NCBI GenBank assembly: GCA_017421125.1
Contig: JAFOMZ010000173.1
Coordinates: forward strand, 1,209 to 65,208
Origin: Solobacterium sp.
Lineage (GTDB): Bacteria > Bacillota_I > Bacilli_A > Erysipelotrichales > Erysipelotrichaceae
Reading direction: 5' to 3'
Length of the DNA: 64,000 bases
Shown here: positions 50,536-60,412 of the stretch, one piece after another
How the letters are laid out: the number at the start of each line of letters is the position of its first letter
Numbering within the stretch: position 1 is the stretch's first letter
Made by a program: the position numbers and the translations under genes
Notes under the pieces: generated by a model
The model's database searches: none
The model's input: only the letters and a program-made list of their open reading frames with translations
What the model was told of the DNA's origin: nothing

Positions 50536-50723
50536 AGCAGCACAGCTGTATGAACGATAAAGCGTCTTTGACAAAGGCGCTTTTTCTCTGAACGGATGCC
50601 GGACAGGAAGTGTTTCCGGACGTGCATGAAAACTGGAAAATTCTTCAGTTGGAATGCAAATTGAGTTGTGCTAGAATAGTACCGTTATATTTTAAGGAAG
50701 ATGTTATTGAGGTACTGAAGAAG

Positions 50724-52967
50724 ATGGAAAAGTACAAGAGAAGCTGGGATTTCCATGGCAGAACGCTGACCGTTGAAAACGGGGAAATCGCCAAGCAGGC
50801 AGGCGGATCGGTCCTGGTCCGCTACGATGATACTGTGGTTCTTTCCACAGCAACAGCCAGTCACGAAGCGAAGGATTCTGATTTCTTCCCGCTGACTGTG
50901 CTCTATAACGAGAAGATGTATGCAGTGGGCAAGATCCCCGGCGGCTTCTTAAGAAGAGAAGGAAGACCGACCGAACATGCAACACTGACTGCACGTCTGA
51001 TCGACCGTCCGATCCGTCCGCTGTTTGCGGAAGGATTCCGTAATGAAGTCCAGGTCGTTAATACCGTTCTGTCGGTAGATCAGGACGCTGACAGCGGCAT
51101 GACTGCTATGTTCGGCAGCTCGCTGGCATTATGCGTTTCCGATATCCCGTTCAACGGTCCGATCGCAGGCGTCATTGTCGGTAAAGTAGACGGTGAATAT
51201 GTGATCAACCCTTCGATCGAGCAGCAGGAACGTTCTGTTCTGAGCCTGACGGTCGCCGGCACAAAAGACGCGATCAACATGGTCGAAGCAGGTGCCAAGG
51301 AAGTTTCCGAAGAGGAAATGGTAGAAGCACTGATGGTCGGACACAACGCGATCAAAGAACTCTGTGCAATTCAGGAAGAAGTGATCGCGGCATGTGCAAA
51401 AGAAAAGATGGAAGTAACGCTTTACGAGATCAATCCTCGTATCAAGGCATACATGGATGAACATGGACGTAAAGCGATCGAAGAAGCTGTTTCGATCAAA
51501 GGCAAGCTGGAACGCTATGAAAAGATCGATGAACTGATCGCCCAGATGGAAACTGAAGTAGCTGAAAACCTGGAATGGGAAGATGACGCTGCTAAAGAAA
51601 AGGCGATCAAACAGGCTCATGAATACGGCGTTGAGATCGAGGCAGGCGAAGTACGCCGCCTGATCAGTGAAGAGAAGATCCGTCCGGACGGAAGAAAACT
51701 GGATGAACTGCGTCCTCTGGACAGCCAGGTCGACCTGCTGCCGAGAACTCACGGTTCCGCTATGTTTACCCGCGGTGAAACACAGGTCCTCTCGATCACG
51801 ACTCTGGGTTCACTGGATGACAACCAGCTGATCGAGGATGTTACTCCGACAACAGCGAAATATTTCATGCATCAGTATAACTTCCCGCCGTTCTCCGTCG
51901 GTGAAGTCGGACGTATGGGTTCACCGGGCAGACGTGAGATCGGTCACGGCGCACTGGGTGAGCGCGCCTTGAAGCAGGTACTTCCTCCCATCGAGGAATT
52001 CCCTTACACGATCCGTACTGTTGCGGAAGTCCTGGAATCCAACGGTTCCAGCTCACAGGCAAGTATCTGTGCAGGCACGATGTCACTGATGGCAGCCGGT
52101 GTCCCGATCAAGGCTATGGTAGCAGGTGTTGCGATGGGCCTCATCACGACCGGAAACAGCTACTCCATCCTGACGGACATCCAGGGTATGGAAGACCACT
52201 ACGGTGATATGGACTTCAAGGTAGCCGGTACAAGAAAAGGCATCACTGCTCTGCAGATGGATATCAAAGTTGACGGTATCTCCCAGGAGATCCTGAAGGA
52301 AGCTCTGGCTCAGGCTCATAAAGGCCGCATGGAGATCCTTGACAACATGGAAACAGCCATCAGCGAGCCGAGAGACCACCTGTCCCCGTATGCTCCGAAG
52401 TTCGTTGCATTCACGATCCCTGTCGACAGGATCAGGGATGTTATCGGTACAGGCGGCAAGACGATCAACCAGATCATTGCGGACTGTGACAATGTTGTGA
52501 TCAACGTTGACGATGACGGACATGTTGCGATCTACCATACAAATCAGGAAATGCTGGACAAGGCAAAGGGTATCATCGAAGACCTGACAAGAACAGTCGC
52601 TGTCGGTGATGTATATGAATCAACAGTTACCGAACTGCGTGATTCCTTCGCGTTTGTCAATCTGTTCCAGGGAACAGACGCACTGCTGCATATCTCCGAG
52701 ATCTCCTGGGAAAGAACACAGAAGATCACGGATGCGCTCCATGTAGGCGATAAGATCAAGGTCAAGGTCATCAGCGTTGATGATTCCGGCAAGGTCAAGG
52801 TCTCCGCAAGAGAATGCACGGAAAAACCGGAAGGATATGTTGAGCCGAAAAAGAAGACCGGCGGCAGCGGTAACAGACCTGCTAACAGCAGCAGATCATC
52901 CTCCAATAAGAGTTCTGCGAATTCCGCAAACGTAGAAAAGAGATTCTTCAAGAAAAAGGAGGCTTAA
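50724..52967 (+). CDS. pnp: Polyribonucleotide nucleotidyltransferase
   Basis: DFFPLTV, GKIPGGF, RLIDRPIRPLF, RREIGHG, ESNGSSS, GDMDFKVAG, KH and S1 domains. Start at ATG 50724; promoter TTGGAA-17-TAGAAT at 50649-50677. Confidence 0.98.
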   Translation: MEKYKRSWDFHGRTLTVENGEIAKQAGGSVLVRYDDTVVLSTATASHEAKDSDFFPLTVLYNEKMYAVGKIPGGFLRREGRPTEHATLTARLIDRPIRPLFAEGFRNEVQVVNTVLSVDQDADSGMTAMFGSSLALCVSDIPFNGPIAGVIVGKVDGEYVINPSIEQQERSVLSLTVAGTKDAINMVEAGAKEVSEEEMVEALMVGHNAIKELCAIQEEVIAACAKEKMEVTLYEINPRIKAYMDEHGRKAIEEAVSIKGKLERYEKIDELIAQMETEVAENLEWEDDAAKEKAIKQAHEYGVEIEAGEVRRLISEEKIRPDGRKLDELRPLDSQVDLLPRTHGSAMFTRGETQVLSITTLGSLDDNQLIEDVTPTTAKYFMHQYNFPPFSVGEVGRMGSPGRREIGHGALGERALKQVLPPIEEFPYTIRTVAEVLESNGSSSQASICAGTMSLMAAGVPIKAMVAGVAMGLITTGNSYSILTDIQGMEDHYGDMDFKVAGTRKGITALQMDIKVDGISQEILKEALAQAHKGRMEILDNMETAISEPRDHLSPYAPKFVAFTIPVDRIRDVIGTGGKTINQIIADCDNVVINVDDDGHVAIYHTNQEMLDKAKGIIEDLTRTVAVGDVYESTVTELRDSFAFVNLFQGTDALLHISEISWERTQKITDALHVGDKIKVKVISVDDSGKVKVSARECTEKPEGYVEPKKKTGGSGNRPANSSRSSSNKSSANSANVEKRFFKKKEA

Positions 52968-53001
52968 TGCCTTCTTTTTTGGAAAGGGGTAGCAAAGTCA
53001 T

Positions 53002-53667
53002 ATGAGAATGAGAAAAAAGAAGTGGGCTGAACCGTACCTTGACGCGCATCCGGAATATGCGCTGAGCGACCCGCGTGAACTGAAGGGACAGTGGAAAACG
53101 TTCCTGAAGGGGAAGACCCTGCATGTGGAGATCGGTACCGGCAAAGGCGATTATCTGATGGAGATGTCAAGAATGTATCCAGAGGATGCCTGGGTAGGCA
53201 TTGAAAAAGAGCATAATGTCGCTGCGATCGCATGCCGCAAAATGCTCGAGGACGAGACGTTCTCCACGGAAAACAACCGTCTGATCGTAGCGGACGGTGC
53301 CAATCTTGAGGACTGGTTTGAAGCAGGTGAGATCGATGTGATCCATCTGAACTTCTCTGACCCGTGGCCTAAGAAATATACGCATAAGCGCAGGCTTTCC
53401 AGCGAAAGTTTTCTCAGGATCTATGAAAAACTGCTGAGTCCGGACGGATACGTACGCATGAAGACGGACAACCAGAGCCTGTTTGAGGACTCTGTTCTGT
53501 ATTTCCTGCAGAACGGATTCACGTTCACGGAATTCTCGGTGAATTTCCGCCGGAACGAACATCCTGAGGATGCCGTAACGGAATATGAAAAACGGTTCAT
53601 GGAACTGGGACAGCCGATCTACCTGCTGAAGGCTGTGATCGACCGGTCCAGGAAGACAGAAAACTGA
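53002..53667 (+). CDS. trmB: tRNA m7G46 methyltransferase
   Basis: EIGTGKG, NFSDPWPK, KRRL, KTDN, TEYE. Confidence 0.96.
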   Translation: MRMRKKKWAEPYLDAHPEYALSDPRELKGQWKTFLKGKTLHVEIGTGKGDYLMEMSRMYPEDAWVGIEKEHNVAAIACRKMLEDETFSTENNRLIVADGANLEDWFEAGEIDVIHLNFSDPWPKKYTHKRRLSSESFLRIYEKLLSPDGYVRMKTDNQSLFEDSVLYFLQNGFTFTEFSVNFRRNEHPEDAVTEYEKRFMELGQPIYLLKAVIDRSRKTEN

Positions 53668-53806
53668 TACAGGATTCAGACACAGATACTGGAAACAGGT
53701 ACTGTGTCTTTCATTTTCATGGTACCCGTTTTTCCCGTTTTTTAAGGTTCTTAAAATTTCGGGACAGCCGTGTGTAAGATTTAAATATCCTCACAAGTAT
53801 GCTAAA

Positions 53807-54619
53807 ATGGCAACTATGAAGCATTCATTGATCAAAAAAACAGCGGCAGCTTGTATATCGCTTCTGATGCTTGCGGGATGCAGCACAGACCGGATCGATG
53901 TGGCTTCCGACGTCAACAGAAAACTAGCGGAAGCGGTCGAGATCCCGGCGCATCAGCCGATCTACAACAGTACCTGTTATATGTATTACAAAGAGCCGTA
54001 TGTCGGGAGGATCACATCGGACCTGACGAGCAATGTTTTTTCGCTGAACGGAACACAGTTCGTGATGAACCTGAATGTCCCGGGGATCATCAACAGGGCG
54101 TATTATCCCGGACAGACAGTAGGCGGCATGAATGTGAAGGGGGCTTCCATCATCCTGGAAACAGCCGGCAAGTATGAGAACTATGACGGGGATCAGCAGA
54201 CATATGTCTGCAGGATCTACAGGTCTAATTCTTCATATGTAACGATCATGACGACCGATTGCGCGGAATTCTTCTCTGTCAGCAAGCACTACGAGGTAGC
54301 TCCGCTTGCCTATGAAATGCTGGTGATCGCCAAATCACTCGATGTCGATACGGGTGAAGTATTGGACCGCTATTCAAGCCATAGTGTGATATCCTATCAG
54401 AAGAAGAAACTGGAGCTCTTCCAGAACATTACGCCGGTGAACGGTGTTATCGATGAGCTGTTTGTCGACAGCAATTCCAACGGCATGAAGCTGGGTGATA
54501 ACGGTGATTATCTGGAAGCTTCACCATCAGCGACACCCGATGAACCGCTGTGGCCTGTCTACAGCGAAACGGAAGATCCCGAGAACGCGGAGCCTGAGGA
54601 AACAGGCAATCCCAATTAG
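53807..54619 (+). CDS. Hypothetical lipoprotein
   Basis: Signal peptide with LLMLAGC lipobox; acidic Pro-rich tail. Start may be the M at 53816. Confidence 0.7.
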   Translation: MATMKHSLIKKTAAACISLLMLAGCSTDRIDVASDVNRKLAEAVEIPAHQPIYNSTCYMYYKEPYVGRITSDLTSNVFSLNGTQFVMNLNVPGIINRAYYPGQTVGGMNVKGASIILETAGKYENYDGDQQTYVCRIYRSNSSYVTIMTTDCAEFFSVSKHYEVAPLAYEMLVIAKSLDVDTGEVLDRYSSHSVISYQKKKLELFQNITPVNGVIDELFVDSNSNGMKLGDNGDYLEASPSATPDEPLWPVYSETEDPENAEPEETGNPN

Positions 54620-54682
54620 GATGAGTATTAACAAGAAAGATGAATTGTCTTAGAATAAAAGTAACAGAAAGGAATTAACAGC

Positions 54683-55528
54683 ATGCTGAAAAAACTGCAG
54701 AATCTCTTATTTGAAGAAGAGGAAATTGAAGAAGAGGAAATCGTAGAAGAACCGGAACCGCAGCCGGAGCCTGTCCGCAAACGCAGGAAGGAAACGAGAC
54801 CCGAACCTGTTGAGACTGAACAGGTACAGGCAGAAACAAAGACTACAATGCAGAGAATCGACGTCACACAGCCGCTGCAGACGATCGGCAGTGCTGTACC
54901 AGCCGCTAACGAATCTGTATTTAGACCCGCTGAGCCGGAAAAACCGAAGGGACTCGGCCTGACAGTTGACGAACTGGAAGGTACAGCAAAACAGCAGGCA
55001 CAGCCGGAACCTGCAAAACCGGCAGCACCCGCACCTGCAAAACCGTCCCGTCAGAGAAAGTCAGGTTATGATTTCTCGCCTGTCATCTCTCCGATCTTCG
55101 GCGTGGATGAAACTGATATGAATGCCGTCAAGGCGACCGTAGGTTCCAGAAGAGGGAAGAAGGAAGATGAGAATGTATCAAAAGTCATCAGCCCGATCTA
55201 CGGTATGACAAAAGAAGAAGAATCACTGCTCGCTTCCGCAGCACAGAAACCGGCAGCTACCATGAAGCCGACACAGCGCGCGGAGGAGTCAGTCTTTAGT
55301 GCGCCTCAGGCAGCTGCGCCTGCAGAGGCTGCTGAAGACGACGTACCGGAATTCTCCCTGGATGATATCCTGAGAGTCGGCGATGAGCAGTACGCAAAGG
55401 ATAACCGTATGGTCATGCAGTCACTGTTCCCGGATCTCGACGGCAGTGATGAGGACGTCCCGGATGAAACGACTGTTGTCGACAGCAGGAATGTCACTCC
55501 TTACGGAACGATTGGAAGGAAAAACTAA
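54683..55528 (+). CDS. Acidic low-complexity protein with two VISPI(F/Y)G motifs (possible SftA N-terminal-like protein)
   Basis: 281-aa ORF whose stop overlaps the murC start; motifs at 55082-55102 and 55184-55204. Confidence 0.75.
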   Translation: MLKKLQNLLFEEEEIEEEEIVEEPEPQPEPVRKRRKETRPEPVETEQVQAETKTTMQRIDVTQPLQTIGSAVPAANESVFRPAEPEKPKGLGLTVDELEGTAKQQAQPEPAKPAAPAPAKPSRQRKSGYDFSPVISPIFGVDETDMNAVKATVGSRRGKKEDENVSKVISPIYGMTKEEESLLASAAQKPAATMKPTQRAEESVFSAPQAAAPAEAAEDDVPEFSLDDILRVGDEQYAKDNRMVMQSLFPDLDGSDEDVPDETTVVDSRNVTPYGTIGRKN

Positions 55529-56838
55529 TGAAATACTATTTCATCGGCATTAAAGGCACGGGCATGGCTGCCCTTGCCTGCATGCTGCATGATCTGGGAA
55601 ATGAAGTCAGCGGAAGCGATCTGGCGAAGCATTTTTTCACGGAAGATGAACTTCGCAAAAGAGAGATTCCGCTCTTTGAGTTTTCTCCCGAAAACATTCC
55701 CGATCATGCATCGATCGTGATCGGCAACGCTTTCCTGGAAGACTTTCCGGAGGTGATCGCTGCCAGATCAAACCCGACATGCACATGCATGCGCTATCAC
55801 GAATTTGTCGGCTCATTCCTGAAGCCTTATCACCTGATCGCGATCGCCGGAAGCCACGGCAAGACGACAACGACGGGAATGATGTCCTGCATCATGAAAG
55901 AGAAGGGGAATACCGGCTGGCTGATCGGTGACGGCAACGGCCACATCGATTCAGGTACGGAATACTTCTGCCTGGAGGCAGATGAATTCCGCAGGCATTT
56001 CCTTGCCTATACGCCTGATTACGCGATCATCAATAACGTTGAGATCGATCATGTAGACTACTTTAAGGACAAGGCGGATTACCGCAGCGCCTATGAGGAG
56101 TTCTCATACAATGTCAGGAAGGCGATGGTGCTCTGGGGAGATGACCCTGAAGCCAGACTGCTGAACCTGAATCCCGGGATCGAACATTACTGGTTCGGTG
56201 AGTCGGAAGGAAATGACTTCCGGGCAGTGAACATTGATGAACGCAGCGACGGAATGGACTACGATGTCATGTTCCGCGATGAATTCAAAGGACACTTCTC
56301 ACTGCCGTTCGTCGGACACCATATGCTGCTGGATTCACTGGGAGCGATCAGTACGGCACTGCTGGAAGGTATGGCTGCCGAGGATATTGAGCGCGGCCTG
56401 TGCACATTCACCGGCGTCAAGCGCAGATTCGTCATCGAGCATGACGGCGATAATATCTACGTAGATGATTACGCACACCATCCGACAGAAGTGGCGGTAA
56501 CGATCGCTTCTGCCAGGAAACGCTTCCCGGATAAAAAGCTCGTCGCGATATTCAAACCGCACCGCGCTTCCCGTGTCCTTTATTTCGCGGAAGAGTTCGC
56601 CAATGCTCTGAAACAGGCAGACAAAGTATATCTCTGTGACTTTACAAGCATCGATGACAAGCAGGACGGCACGGATATCGACATTACATATCTGCAGAAA
56701 CGGATCCCCGGATCGGTCGTTCTGAGCGAAGATGAAACAGGTGCGAAGGTTCTTTCAGAAGAAAAACCTGCCGTATTCCTGTTCATGTCAAGCAAAGACA
56801 TCTACTGGCTTGCAAATCTGGTGAAAAAACATAACTGA
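55528..56838 (+). CDS. murC: UDP-N-acetylmuramate--amino acid ligase
   Basis: FIGIKGTGM, VSGSD, AGSHGKTTT, EADE, DHVDY, GVKRRF, DDYAHHPTE. Confidence 0.96.
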   Translation: MKYYFIGIKGTGMAALACMLHDLGNEVSGSDLAKHFFTEDELRKREIPLFEFSPENIPDHASIVIGNAFLEDFPEVIAARSNPTCTCMRYHEFVGSFLKPYHLIAIAGSHGKTTTTGMMSCIMKEKGNTGWLIGDGNGHIDSGTEYFCLEADEFRRHFLAYTPDYAIINNVEIDHVDYFKDKADYRSAYEEFSYNVRKAMVLWGDDPEARLLNLNPGIEHYWFGESEGNDFRAVNIDERSDGMDYDVMFRDEFKGHFSLPFVGHHMLLDSLGAISTALLEGMAAEDIERGLCTFTGVKRRFVIEHDGDNIYVDDYAHHPTEVAVTIASARKRFPDKKLVAIFKPHRASRVLYFAEEFANALKQADKVYLCDFTSIDDKQDGTDIDITYLQKRIPGSVVLSEDETGAKVLSEEKPAVFLFMSSKDIYWLANLVKKHN

Positions 56839-57004
56839 AGACAAGGGACCTGAAAAGGTCTTTTGTTTATTGTCCTTTAAACAAGCGCAATTCCTGTATT
56901 TATTTTGACATATCCTGTCATGTAATAAATTCAGTTAAGCGCTACCACCAATATTGAAAAGATTTTCATTAAGTCTTATACTAAAAGAGCAGAGGTATGA
57001 AATT

Positions 57005-57376
57005 ATGGATGAATTATTACTTGCGTTATCTAATGTTTCAAGTCAGGTAGTGCCGATCGCCGGCGCTCTTGCACTGATTTTTCTGTGCGTCGTCCTGAAC
57101 AGATTGTGGAAGCTGCTTGAAGCGATCACTGCTACAGTCAAAAATCTCAGTCCTACACTGAAGCTCGTTGACCAGAGTATTGAAAAGGTACAGGCACCGC
57201 TCGATACCGTCGTCAAACTGAGCCATACAGTTGATGATGTCAGGGACAAGACTGCCGAATCCATCGCACGTATTGCAAATAATACAGCTGAAAGTACGGA
57301 AAACCTGAAGAGCTTTGTACAGGAAAAGCTGAACAGGGGCGAGACTGTTGAGGAAGAGGCTGTTGAAAATGAGTGA
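57005..57376 (+). CDS. DUF948 / YtxG-like membrane-anchored coiled-coil protein
   Basis: N-terminal TM followed by coiled coil; sits between murC and ccpA like B. subtilis ytxG. Start at ATG 57005. Confidence 0.7.
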   Translation: MDELLLALSNVSSQVVPIAGALALIFLCVVLNRLWKLLEAITATVKNLSPTLKLVDQSIEKVQAPLDTVVKLSHTVDDVRDKTAESIARIANNTAESTENLKSFVQEKLNRGETVEEEAVENE

Positions 57377-58037
57377 TGAACTGAAACAGTCTGCAGATCA
57401 TTATTCTGAAGTAGAAGAAAAAGTTGCCGAACTGAAGGAAAAACTGTCTGAGCTTACGGCGGGAGTACAGGAGACCGTCGAACGGGAAGACAGAAAGTAT
57501 TCCATTCCGGATTACAAACAGTCAAAGGAACCGGTCAGATCGCTGGAAGACATCAGGACAAAGACCGGTGATACTGTCACCAGGACATTGTCCGGTACTG
57601 TCGGGAAACTGGAAGACTTTTATGACAGGAATCTGAAGGAAACTGTTGAAAGTGCTGCCGGTAAGGCAAAGTCAGCTGCCGCTGATGCTTACAACACGCT
57701 TTCATTAAAGATCAGCGATCTGCGTGAAGGCACGAAGGAAGCAGCCGAAGAAGCTGCTGAAGCAGTTGAAGAAGTGAAACAGGAAGCTGAAGAAACTGCC
57801 GGAGAAGTGAAGGAAGCAGCAGAAGAAGCAAAAGAGTCTGCAGAAGAAAAACTGAATGAAGCAGCAGGAAGGGCAAAGGAAAAGTTTGCCGGTCTTGCAG
57901 GAATCGATGTGGATGAACTGAAGAATTCACTCGCTGAAACAGGCGCGAAAGTCAGATCATACGCTGAACAGGCATACAAAAACGTCAGTGAAAAGTTCGC
58001 CGGAAAGGATCCGGAAGATCCCAGGGATCCTGACTGA
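57369..58037 (+). CDS. Glu/Ala/Lys-rich helical-repeat protein, paralogue 1 (ytxH position)
   Basis: Starts MSDELK; KEAAEEA-type repeats. Confidence 0.75.
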   Translation: MSDELKQSADHYSEVEEKVAELKEKLSELTAGVQETVEREDRKYSIPDYKQSKEPVRSLEDIRTKTGDTVTRTLSGTVGKLEDFYDRNLKETVESAAGKAKSAAADAYNTLSLKISDLREGTKEAAEEAAEAVEEVKQEAEETAGEVKEAAEEAKESAEEKLNEAAGRAKEKFAGLAGIDVDELKNSLAETGAKVRSYAEQAYKNVSEKFAGKDPEDPRDPD

Positions 58038-58108
58038 ACCATCATGGACAAAGCATCGGGTCATTCCGATGATCAGATCATACAGAATCACAAGGAGGCA
58101 TAATTAAA

Positions 58109-59143
58109 ATGAGTGATGAACTGAAAAAACTTGAAGAACTTGCTGAAGAAGTAAAAAGACAGGAAGCAGGTGAAAGGGCGGAAAAGGTAACAGCGGCTGC
58201 AGAGGAAGCAGCCGGCAAAGCTGAGGGATTCATTGAAGAAGCAAAGCATACGCTGGGTGAATGGACAGAAGCAGCTAAGGAAAAGGCTGCCGAACTCAAG
58301 CAGGCGGCAGAAGAATTTGCTGAAGAATCCAAGGCTGCTGCCGGTGAAAGAGCTGACCAGCTGACAGAAGCATTCAATGAGGCATCTGAAAAAGCAAAGG
58401 AAAAGTTCGAAGAACTGAAAGAAAAGGCTCAGGAAACTCATGAAGAAACAGCTGAAGCTGTTGCAGAAGCAAAAGAAGAAGCGTGCGAGACAGCGGAAGA
58501 AGTAAAACAGGATGCTTGTGAAGCTGTTGAGGATGCAAAGGAAGCTGCAGAAGACGCAAAAGAAGCAGTATGTGATGCAGTTGAAGAAGCGAAACAGGAA
58601 GCTGAAGAAACTGTTGAAGAAACAAAGGAAGCAGCTGAAGACCTGAAAGAGTCCGTTACCGAAAAGCTGACTGAAACAGCTGACAAGGCGAAAGAAAAAT
58701 TCAATGATCTGGCTGAAAACGTCAAGGAAAAGCTTGATGACCTGGATCTGGATGATCTGAAACAGAGCCTGAGCGAAGCCGGTGAAAAGGCTATGGCATT
58801 TGCCGGTACAGCATATAAGACACTGAGCGAAAAGCTGAACAGCTTCGGAAAAGATGAAGGAACAGGCGTTGAGCGCAGTGCTGCGGCTGAAGAACCTGCA
58901 GAAAGCACTGAGCCTGCTGAAGAAACAGCTGAAGAAAAACTGAATGAAACTGTTGATAAACTGAAGGACGGAGCAGAGAAAGTCGGTGCCGCTGTTACAG
59001 AAGGCGCAAAGACCGTACAGAAGGCAGTCGTTGACTTCGCTTCCAAGCCTGAAGTCAGAGAAACACTTGATAAGATCACAGATACCGCTAAGGATGTATA
59101 CGACAAAGGTGTTGAAACACTGAAGAAAATTTTAGACAAATAA
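58109..59143 (+). CDS. Glu/Ala/Lys-rich helical-repeat protein, paralogue 2
   Basis: Starts MSDELK; AAGGAGG RBS; ~11-residue periodic repeats. Confidence 0.8.
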   Translation: MSDELKKLEELAEEVKRQEAGERAEKVTAAAEEAAGKAEGFIEEAKHTLGEWTEAAKEKAAELKQAAEEFAEESKAAAGERADQLTEAFNEASEKAKEKFEELKEKAQETHEETAEAVAEAKEEACETAEEVKQDACEAVEDAKEAAEDAKEAVCDAVEEAKQEAEETVEETKEAAEDLKESVTEKLTETADKAKEKFNDLAENVKEKLDDLDLDDLKQSLSEAGEKAMAFAGTAYKTLSEKLNSFGKDEGTGVERSAAAEEPAESTEPAEETAEEKLNETVDKLKDGAEKVGAAVTEGAKTVQKAVVDFASKPEVRETLDKITDTAKDVYDKGVETLKKILDK

Positions 59144-59170
59144 AACTGCAGATGCAGTAGGAGGCCGGAA

Positions 59171-60163
59171 ATGAAACGAGTAACTATTTATGATGTCGCT
59201 AAAGAAGCCGGTGTCTCCCTGGCCACTGTTTCCCGTGTCATCAATGGCAGCGATGTTGTAAAAGCGCCGACACAGGAAAGAGTTCAGGCTGCGATCGAAA
59301 AGCTTGGCTACAAGCCGAATGCTATCGCTCAGGGACTTGCTCTGCAGAAGACAACGACCATCGGACTTGTCGTACCGGAGGCCAGTTTCACATATACAGG
59401 CCAGATCATCAATGGTCTGATCGATGTTGCCAAGATCTATAACTACAACATTATGCTGCATACGATCACGGAGGGCATTACAGATGTCAATGAGATCGTA
59501 GAAGAGATCATCAAGAGCCGTGTTGACGGTGTGATCGTTTATAACGACAAACTGATGATGCCTGAGATCGAACAGCTGTCGAAGTACAATATTCCGATCG
59601 TCGTGATCGGCAACCGTGTGCAGGCTGATAATGTATGCTGTGTCTATGTAGATATCGAGAAGGCAGTCTATGAGCTGACATTGAAGTATCTGGAAGAAGA
59701 CAAGACCAATATTGCGATCATTGAAGACCGCAAGAACCATTATTCAAGCCAGCAGATGGTCAGCGGAGCTGAACGCGCATTTGCGAAGAAAGGCCTGAAG
59801 TTTGACGGTTATCTGGAGATCCCTTCGGATACAAGAACGAGTTATGCCTTCCTCAGCAAGTGGCTCAAGGATCATCACTATGATCTGATGATCGGCAACC
59901 GTGATTCACAGGCAATGGCGATCGTCAATACAGCAAGAGAAAACGGTATTGAAGTCCCGGATGACATGGAAGTCGTATGTGTCATTGACACGAAGTACAA
60001 CTCCATGATGCGTCCGCAGATCTCAAGCTTCTCGATCCCGTCATATGACCTGGGAGCCGTATCCATGAGGATCATGACCAAGATGCTGAACAACCAGACT
60101 GACGTGCATCCGGAGACAGAACTGAGCTATCTGTTTACACCGCGTCAGACAACGAAGAATTGA
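59171..60163 (+). CDS. ccpA: LacI-family regulator, catabolite control protein A
   Basis: VTIYDVAKEAGVSLATVSRVING, YKPNAIAQGLA, YDLGAVSMRIMTK; murC-ytxG-ccpA-tyrS synteny. Confidence 0.88.
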   Translation: MKRVTIYDVAKEAGVSLATVSRVINGSDVVKAPTQERVQAAIEKLGYKPNAIAQGLALQKTTTIGLVVPEASFTYTGQIINGLIDVAKIYNYNIMLHTITEGITDVNEIVEEIIKSRVDGVIVYNDKLMMPEIEQLSKYNIPIVVIGNRVQADNVCCVYVDIEKAVYELTLKYLEEDKTNIAIIEDRKNHYSSQQMVSGAERAFAKKGLKFDGYLEIPSDTRTSYAFLSKWLKDHHYDLMIGNRDSQAMAIVNTARENGIEVPDDMEVVCVIDTKYNSMMRPQISSFSIPSYDLGAVSMRIMTKMLNNQTDVHPETELSYLFTPRQTTKN

Positions 60164-60188
60164 CATTCAAAACAACGGCTGTTATAGT
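60160..60188 (+). promoter_or_regulatory. SigA promoter of tyrS
   Basis: TTGACA-17 bp-TATAGT. Confidence 0.85.
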
Positions 60189-60194
60189 CGTTAT

Positions 60195-60412
60195 GGCTGT
60201 GAAAGGAATAAGTACTTTATGCGAAGCCGTACAAGAGACGTCCCGGGCGGTGAAAGGGACCGGCAGACCATGGAAGGAATACATCCCGGAGCTTCCTGTC
60301 TCAAAAGGCAGGGCGTGTGCGCCTGCGTTAAAGGCATAGATGAGTGCATGATCAGGATCATGAACTAAGGTGGTACCGCGCTGAGGCGTCCTTAGAGTTT
60401 AAGGGCGCCTTT
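60195..60412 (+). ncRNA. T-box riboswitch (Tyr)
   Basis: AGTA/GA motif, AGAGA and GGTGAAA stem I elements, specifier TAC at 60280-60282, T-box AAGGTGGTACCGCG (60367-60380), hairpin at 60384-60410. Confidence 0.93.

Noticed and set aside
38772-50723. Accessory block as a prophage or ICE
   Set aside because: No integrase, relaxase, phage genes, att-like repeats or obvious compositional shift.
56935-56968. cre-like or dyad sequences (GTTAAGCGCTACCA; TGAAAAGATTTTCA) upstream of the ytxG-like gene
   Set aside because: Each misses key cre positions (5' TG or central CG); too weak without a PWM.
57700-58960. GAAGAAGC-rich repeats as a possible CRISPR or DNA repeat array
   Set aside because: Degenerate, in-frame coding repeats with no fixed repeat-spacer structure and no cas genes.
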